From Isoptericola halotolerans (GTDB taxonomy: Bacteria > Actinomycetota > Actinomycetes > Actinomycetales > Cellulomonadaceae), in NCBI RefSeq assembly GCF_013149785.1, contig NZ_JABEZU010000001.1, forward strand, positions 372,001-436,000: a DNA stretch of 64,000 nt. Direction: 5' to 3'. Every line of letters starts with the position of its first letter. Position 1 is the stretch's first letter. Below the pieces are notes generated by a model that was not told where the DNA came from, made no database searches, and worked only from the letters and a program-made list of their open reading frames with translations. Position numbers and translations under genes: made by a program. Of this stretch, positions 58,300 through 64,000 are shown one piece after another.

Positions 58300-60633
58300 A
58301 TGACCGCCGCTGCCGAGGCTGCCGCCCCCCGCCCGACGCTCGACACCGTCGAGCACGCCGCTACGACTCCCCACGAGACCCAGCCGTACGCCGAGCTCGG
58401 GCTCAAGCCCGACGAGTACCAGCGGATCCGCGACATCCTCGGTCGGCGCCCGACCGCCGCCGAGCTGGCCATGTACTCCGTGATGTGGTCCGAGCACTGC
58501 TCGTACAAGTCCTCCAAGAACCACCTGCGCAAGTTCGGCGACCGGGTGACACCGGAGATGACCGAGCACCTGCTGGTCGGGATCGGGGAGAACGCCGGCG
58601 TCGTCGACATCGGGGACGGCTGGGCGGTCACCTTCAAGGTCGAGTCCCACAACCACCCCAGCTACGTCGAGCCCTACCAGGGCGCTGCGACGGGCGTGGG
58701 CGGCATCGTCCGCGACATCATCTCGATGGGCGCCCGCCCCGTGGCCGTGATGGACCAGCTGCGCTTCGGTGCCGTGGACCACCCCGACACCGCGCGGGTC
58801 GTGCACGGGGTGGTCGCCGGCGTCGGCGGCTACGGCAACTCGCTCGGCCTGCCGAACATCGGCGGCGAGCTCGTCTTCGACTCCTCCTACCAGGGCAACC
58901 CGCTCGTCAACGCGCTGTGCCTGGGCGTGCTGCGCCACGAGGACATCCACCTGGCCAACGCCTCCGGCACCGGCAACAAGGTGATCCTCTTCGGTGCGCG
59001 CACGGGTGGCGACGGCATCGGCGGCGCGTCGATCCTCGCCTCGGAGACGTTCGAGGACGGCGTCCCCGCCAAGCGGCCGTCGGTGCAGGTGGGCGACCCG
59101 TTCATGGAGAAGGTGCTCATCGAGTGCTGCCTGGATCTCTATGCGGCGAACGTCGTCGAGGGCATCCAGGACCTGGGTGCGGCGGGGATCTCCTGCGCCA
59201 CGTCCGAGCTCGCCTCGAACGGCGACGGCGGCATGCACGTCGACCTCGACGACGTCCTGCTGCGCGACCCCTCCCTCAACGCCGGCGAGATCCTCATGTC
59301 GGAGTCGCAGGAGCGCATGATGGCCGTGGTCACGCCGGAGAAGCTCGACGAGTTCCTGGCCATCACCGGCCGGTGGGACGTCGAGACCTCCGTCATCGGC
59401 GAGGTCAACGGCTCGGGACGCCTGACCATCGACCACCACGGGCAGCGGATCGTCGACGTCGACCCCAAGACCGTCGCGCACGAGGGTCCGGTCTACGACC
59501 GGCCCTACGCGCGCCCGGCGTGGCAGGACGAGCTGCAGCGCGCGTCCGTCTCGGGCCTCGGCCTGGAGCGACCGGAGTCCGGCGCCGAGCTGCGCGCCAC
59601 CGCGATGCGGCTCCTCGCCTCGCCGAACCTCGCCTCCGCCGCCTGGGTGACCGACCAGTACGACCGCTACGTCCAGGGCAACACCGCGCTCTCCCAGCCC
59701 GACGACGGCGGTGTGGTGCGCGTCGACGAGGCGACCGGCCTGGGCGTCGCCCTGGCGACCGACGCGAACGGCCGGTTCGGCAAGCTCGACCCCCGTGCCG
59801 GTGCGCAGCTCGCGCTGGCCGAGGCCTACCGCAACGTGGCCACGACGGGTGCCACCCCGCTGGCGGTCACCGACTGCCTCAACTTCGGTTCGCCGGAGCA
59901 CCCGGACTCCATGTGGCAGCTCGTCGAGGCGATCGAGGGTCTGGCCGACGCCTGCCAGGACCTCGGTGTACCCGTCACCGGCGGCAACGTCTCGCTGTAC
60001 AACGGCTCCGGCGAGCCGGGGCACATCGACTCCTCCATCCACCCCACCCCGGTGGTCGGCGTCCTCGGCGTCATCGAGGACGTGCGGACCGCCCTGCCGT
60101 CCGGCTGGCGGGCCGAGGGCCTGACCGTGCTGCTGCTCGGCGCGACGGCCGACGAGCTCGACGGGTCCGCGTGGGCCGACGTCGAGCACGAGCACCTCGG
60201 CGGCCTCCCCCCGCGGGTCGACCTCGCTGCCGAGCGGGCGCTGGCGGGCGTGCTCGTCGGGGCGCGACGCTCGGGCGCGGCGAGCGCGGCGCACGACCTG
60301 TCCGAGGGCGGGCTGGTGCAGTCGCTGCTGGAGGCGTCGCTGCGCTACGACATCGGCGTGTCCGTCTCGCTCGACGGTGTGACGACCCGCGACGAGGTGA
60401 CGCCGTTCGCGGCGCTGTTCAGCGAGTCGACCGCGCGGGCGCTGGTCGCCGTCGCTCCGGAGCGCGAGGCCGAGGTCGTCGCGGCGGCGGAGGCCGCCGG
60501 CGTGCCGGTCGCGCGTCTCGGGTCGACCGGCGGTGACGAGCTCGCGGTGTCGTTCGGCGAGGAGTCCTTCACGATCCGGCTGGACGAGGCGCGCGAGGCG
60601 CACGAGGGGACCCTGCCCCGCATCTTCGGCTGA
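58300..60633 (+). CDS. purL: FGAM synthase subunit PurL
   Basis: [56 protein letters not shown]. Confidence 0.97.
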   Translation: MTAAAEAAAPRPTLDTVEHAATTPHETQPYAELGLKPDEYQRIRDILGRRPTAAELAMYSVMWSEHCSYKSSKNHLRKFGDRVTPEMTEHLLVGIGENAGVVDIGDGWAVTFKVESHNHPSYVEPYQGAATGVGGIVRDIISMGARPVAVMDQLRFGAVDHPDTARVVHGVVAGVGGYGNSLGLPNIGGELVFDSSYQGNPLVNALCLGVLRHEDIHLANASGTGNKVILFGARTGGDGIGGASILASETFEDGVPAKRPSVQVGDPFMEKVLIECCLDLYAANVVEGIQDLGAAGISCATSELASNGDGGMHVDLDDVLLRDPSLNAGEILMSESQERMMAVVTPEKLDEFLAITGRWDVETSVIGEVNGSGRLTIDHHGQRIVDVDPKTVAHEGPVYDRPYARPAWQDELQRASVSGLGLERPESGAELRATAMRLLASPNLASAAWVTDQYDRYVQGNTALSQPDDGGVVRVDEATGLGVALATDANGRFGKLDPRAGAQLALAEAYRNVATTGATPLAVTDCLNFGSPEHPDSMWQLVEAIEGLADACQDLGVPVTGGNVSLYNGSGEPGHIDSSIHPTPVVGVLGVIEDVRTALPSGWRAEGLTVLLLGATADELDGSAWADVEHEHLGGLPPRVDLAAERALAGVLVGARRSGAASAAHDLSEGGLVQSLLEASLRYDIGVSVSLDGVTTRDEVTPFAALFSESTARALVAVAPEREAEVVAAAEAAGVPVARLGSTGGDELAVSFGEESFTIRLDEAREAHEGTLPRIFG

Positions 60634-60817
60634 GCCGGAGGTGCAGCGGAGGGTGGGGGCCGAGGGACGAGGCATCCGCCTGCAGCGCAGCCGCAGGTTC
60701 GGCCGACGACGGTTCACCTGAGCCGGAGGTGCAGCGGAGGGTGGGGGCCGAGGGACGAGGCATCCGCCTGCAGCGCAGCCGCAGGTTCGGCCGACGACGG
60801 TTCGGCTGAGCCGGAGG
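60625..60817 (+). repeat. 88-bp tandem repeat (2 copies plus a partial third), REP-like
   Basis: CTGAGCCGGAGG recurs at 60630, 60718 and 60806; the two full units are identical except for 2 nt at the junction. Confidence 0.85.
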
Positions 60818-60831
60818 CGCTCGGCTGACCC

Positions 60832-60877
60832 AGGACGACGGCGCGGCCCCCGGTGGGGGACCGCGCCGTCGTCGTCC
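60832..60877. terminator. hairpin between convergent purL and dps
   Basis: GACGACGGCGCGG.CCCC / GGGG.CCGCGCCGTCGTC. Confidence 0.7.
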
Positions 60878-60893
60878 GTGCGGGGTGGGCCGC

Positions 60894-61379
60894 TCAGGCC
60901 TCGTCGTTCTCCGAGGAGATCATCCAGGCCTGCTTCTCCAGGTCGGCGGTGATCTCGTGCAGGAGGTCGGCCGAGGTGGGGTCCTCGGCGTCGACGTCGT
61001 CGTGGACCTCGCGGACCAGGTCGACCGTCTGGGCCAGACGTTCGACGATCGCGTCGACGGTGTCTCCGACGGAGAGCAGCCCGGCCGGGTACGGGGACAG
61101 GTCGGTGGCGGTGGCCACCGTCTCGGTGCGCCCGTCGGGCACGGCCTGGAGCGCCCGGATCCTCTCGGCCACCGTGTCGCTGTGCTCGCGGGCGACGTCG
61201 ACGAGCTCGTCCAGCTGCAGGTGCAGGTCACGGAACCCGCGGCCGGTGACGTTCCAGTGGGCCTGCTTGCCCTGGACGTGCAGGTCGACGAGGGCGACGA
61301 GCACACGCTGCAGGTGCGCGTGGAGCTTCTCGGACGCGGTGGCGCGGTCCGTGCTGCGGTGGATCGACGGTGCGGACAT
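60894..61379 (-). CDS. dps: Dps family DNA-protecting ferritin-like protein
   Basis: KQAHWNVTG..FRDLHLQLDE, DTVAERIRAL, LEKQAWM. Confidence 0.93.
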   Translation of the reverse strand: MSAPSIHRSTDRATASEKLHAHLQRVLVALVDLHVQGKQAHWNVTGRGFRDLHLQLDELVDVAREHSDTVAERIRALQAVPDGRTETVATATDLSPYPAGLLSVGDTVDAIVERLAQTVDLVREVHDDVDAEDPTSADLLHEITADLEKQAWMISSENDEA

Positions 61380-61571
61380 GGTGTTCCTCGCTCTCTCGGG
61401 GATCGCCCGGTGGCGGTCACCGTGCTTCTCGGTGATCCTCGTTCTCTTGAACGGTTCCAGACTAGGAGCATTCCCGCAGGTCCGCCAGCAAGGCGAGGCG
61501 ACCCTCTGCGGGCGAGGTTTCCCTCGCCTGCACGCCGCCCGGTCCCTACACTGGAGGGCAGGAGGCGCACG

Positions 61572-61964
61572 ATGTCGTGGCTTGCGATGTACCTGCTGGC
61601 GCTGGGGCTCTGCGCCGTCGGACTGGCGGCGCGGTCCTGGTTGCGCTCGGCGGGCCACCGAGAGGCGTCTGCCCGGCGTCGACGTCGACGGGCGGGCCCG
61701 GATCCCTGGGAGACGCTCGCCATCCAGGTGCGGCTCGGGGAGCTGGCGCAGGAGCTGCGCACGGTGACCGACGACCCGGGGCTGTTCGCCCGTGCCCACC
61801 ACTGGCGTGCCGTCCAGGACGCCTACGACGCCATGCTGCGGGACGCCTGCCGGGTCGCCGGGCTCGCCGTCGTCGACCATCCGCTGCGCGCCGACGAGCA
61901 CGTCACCGAGGACGAGCGGCTGCGTGAGGAGCTCGCGCTGGCTTCCCGCGGCTGGTCCTGGTGA
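61572..61964 (+). CDS. hypothetical membrane-anchored protein
   Basis: AGGAGG RBS, N-terminal TM, AYDAMLRDAC...ERLREELALASRGWSW. Confidence 0.65.
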   Translation: MSWLAMYLLALGLCAVGLAARSWLRSAGHREASARRRRRRAGPDPWETLAIQVRLGELAQELRTVTDDPGLFARAHHWRAVQDAYDAMLRDACRVAGLAVVDHPLRADEHVTEDERLREELALASRGWSW

Positions 61965-62149
61965 GTGCCGCCGGGTGTAACCTCGAAGTGTGGTGCCCTC
62001 GACGCGACCGCCCTGTCCGGGGCCGCGTCGACGGCGTTGAGCCTCACCTGAAGCCCGGCCCCGTCGGGTTGCTTGACCGGGACGTCTGACGCCTCTCGCT
62101 CCGCCTCGACGGCGGAGGACACGAGCCTTCACGGCCCGAGGAGCAGATC

Positions 62150-63244
62150 ATGACCGTCTCGACCTCCCCTCCTGCCGGGCCGCCGACGCCGCGCGCCCGC
62201 CCGACGAGCAACGCGACCGTGCGGGACTACTCGGTCCTGGCGAAGATCGTCCGGGAGTCCGGGCTGCTCCGGCGCCGGTACACCTACTACTGGACACGCC
62301 TGAGCCTCGCCGTCCTCGCGTTCGGTGCGGTCTGGGCAGGAGTCGCGCTGGTGGGGGACTCCTGGTGGCAGCTCGCGCTCGCGGCCGCGCTCGCGTTCGT
62401 CCTGGCGCAGCTGGCGTTCCTCGGGCACGACAGCGCCCACCGCCAGGTCTTCCGCTCCCGACCCTGGAACGACTGGACGGCCCGCATCATCGCGAACGCC
62501 TTCGTCGGGCTGAGCATCTCGTGGTGGACGGCCAAGCACGACGCGCACCACACCGCGCCCAACCAGGTGGGTCAGGACCCCGACATCTCGCCGGGGGTCG
62601 TCGCCTTCACCCCGGAGGTCCTCGCGAGCCGTCGCGGCTGGCGAGGCGTCCTCGCCCGCCGGCAGGGGTGGTTCTTCTTCCCGCTCCTGACGCTCGAGGG
62701 GCTCTACCTGCACGTCGCGAGCGTGCGCCGGCTCGTGTCGCGCCGGCCCGTCCCGCACCGGGGGGTGGAGCTGCCGCTCCTGCTGAGCCGTCTCGTCCTC
62801 TACGTGGCGGCGCTCGCGGTCCTGCTGCCGCCCGGTATCGCGGCAGCGTTCCTCGGCACCCAGCTCGCCGTCTTCGGTGTGCTGCTGGGCGCCGCCTTCG
62901 CCCCGAACCACAAGGGGATGCCGATCGTCCCGGCCGGCGCCGACGTCGACTTCCTGCGCCGGCAGGTGCTCATGTCCCGGAACATCCGTGGCAACCCGGT
63001 CGTCGACCTCGTCATGGGAGGTCTCAACCGCCAGATCGAGCACCACCTGTTCCCGAGCATGCCGCGACCGAACCTCAAGGACGTGCAGCCGCTGGTCCGT
63101 GCGTACTGCGCCGAGCTGGGCGTCACCTACACCGAGGTGGGGTTCTTCGCGTCGTACCGGATCGTGATCGGCTACCTCAACGACGTCCCGGGGCGTGCCC
63201 GGGACCCGTTCTCCTGCCCGCTGGCCGCCAGCCTGGGGCGGTAG
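62150..63244 (+). CDS. membrane fatty acid desaturase
   Basis: His boxes HDSAH, HDAHH, QIEHHLFP. Confidence 0.9.
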   Translation: MTVSTSPPAGPPTPRARPTSNATVRDYSVLAKIVRESGLLRRRYTYYWTRLSLAVLAFGAVWAGVALVGDSWWQLALAAALAFVLAQLAFLGHDSAHRQVFRSRPWNDWTARIIANAFVGLSISWWTAKHDAHHTAPNQVGQDPDISPGVVAFTPEVLASRRGWRGVLARRQGWFFFPLLTLEGLYLHVASVRRLVSRRPVPHRGVELPLLLSRLVLYVAALAVLLPPGIAAAFLGTQLAVFGVLLGAAFAPNHKGMPIVPAGADVDFLRRQVLMSRNIRGNPVVDLVMGGLNRQIEHHLFPSMPRPNLKDVQPLVRAYCAELGVTYTEVGFFASYRIVIGYLNDVPGRARDPFSCPLAASLGR

Positions 63245-63360
63245 GGCCGGACGCGCCCGCCGCCCCGGGGACCCGCTGAGGGACGGGGTGTAGCGTCGAG
63301 GTATCCGGGCGAACGTGCCCCGTCTGAGGTGCGCGGGCCCGGAACCGCAAGGAGGCCGTC

Positions 63361-63723
63361 ATGGCCGCCCCACACGTCTACCGCACCACCAACGGTCAGC
63401 TCAGCACCCCGGGCCCCCTGCGGACCGGGCCGGAGACCACACCACGTTCGCGTCGATGGACCTCGACGGTCCCGAGGACGCCACGGACCCGTGCCGGCGC
63501 GACCTGGGTGGGGATCTGTCTCGCAGCCCTGCTCCTGGTCGCTCTCATCGTGTTCATGTTCCAGAACACCCAGCCCGTGCTGGTGTCGTTCCTCGGTACT
63601 CAGGCCACGGTCCCGCTCGCCCTCGCGCTGCTGGTCGCGGGAGTCGGGGTGGGCGTCATCGCCCTCGTCGTCGGGACGGTCCGCATCGGGCAGCTCCGTC
63701 GGCGCCTCGCGCACGGCGGCTGA
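63361..63723 (+). CDS. LapA/DUF1049-like small membrane protein
   Basis: AAGGAGG RBS; LIVFMFQNTQPV.VSFLG...PLALALL...RIGQLRR. Confidence 0.75.
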   Translation: MAAPHVYRTTNGQLSTPGPLRTGPETTPRSRRWTSTVPRTPRTRAGATWVGICLAALLLVALIVFMFQNTQPVLVSFLGTQATVPLALALLVAGVGVGVIALVVGTVRIGQLRRRLAHGG

Positions 63724-63727
63724 TCGA

Positions 63728-63781
63728 GACGCCGACGGCCCGGGGCTCACCCGAACAGGTGAGCCCCGGGCCGTCGGCGTC
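63728..63781. terminator. 24-bp perfect hairpin between convergent genes
   Basis: GACGCCGACGGCCCGGGGCTCACC-CGAACA-exact reverse complement. Confidence 0.8.
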
Positions 63782-63786
63782 GTGGG

Positions 63787-64000
63787 TCAGAAGGTGTCGA
63801 TCGCCGTGTTGAGGGTCTGCGACGGGCGCATCACGGTGGTGGCCAGGTCACCGTCCGGGTAGTAGTACCCGCCGACGTCGACCGGGTTGCCCTGCGCGGC
63901 GAGCAGCTCGTCGACGATCGTCGCCTCGTCCTCGGCGAGCCGGGTGGCGAGCGGGGCGAACGCCGCGGCGAGCTCGGCGTCCTCGGTCTGCGCGGCCAGC
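63787..64000 (-). CDS. icd: 3' end of monomeric NADP-dependent isocitrate dehydrogenase
   Basis: LAAQTEDAELAAAFAPLA...ELLAAQGNPVDVGGYYYPD....VMRPSQTLN matches the C-terminus of monomeric IDH. Confidence 0.85.
   Translation of the reverse strand, partial: LAAQTEDAELAAAFAPLATRLAEDEATIVDELLAAQGNPVDVGGYYYPDGDLATTVMRPSQTLNTAIDTF

Noticed and set aside
60625..60817. Possible CRISPR array
   Set aside because: The units are identical over their full 88 bp with no unique spacers, and there are no cas genes

Overview
High-GC actinobacterial chromosomal segment, probably Micrococcales (inferred from gene content and riboswitch types). It carries a core backbone: clpB with an HspR/HAIR operator, xth, pyrE, fbaA, purA, purD, purC, purS, purQ, then purL about 29 kb later, dps and the 3' end of a monomeric icd. 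Accessory modules include two ABC exporters (one with a two-component system, one with a TetR), an NlpC/P60 hydrolase under a c-di-AMP (ydaO-type) riboswitch, and a partner-switching module (STAS, PAS-PP2C-HATPase, STAS). There is also a sulfur locus with two different SAM riboswitches (SAM-I before rhodanese-metZ, SAM-IV before a cysteine-desulfurase-like enzyme), a fatty-acyl-CoA metabolism cluster and a C50 carotenoid operon with a divergent MarR regulator. The best candidate for an undescribed system is a four-gene cassette lying between the two SAM-regulated units: ECF sigma, membrane Ser/Thr kinase, lipoprotein and OmpA-domain protein, with no anti-sigma gene. No rRNA, tRNA, CRISPR array, transposase or integrase was recognised. 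Product calls come from motif recognition by eye, not database searches. Start codons were chosen using RBSs, gene overlaps and leaderless -10 boxes.
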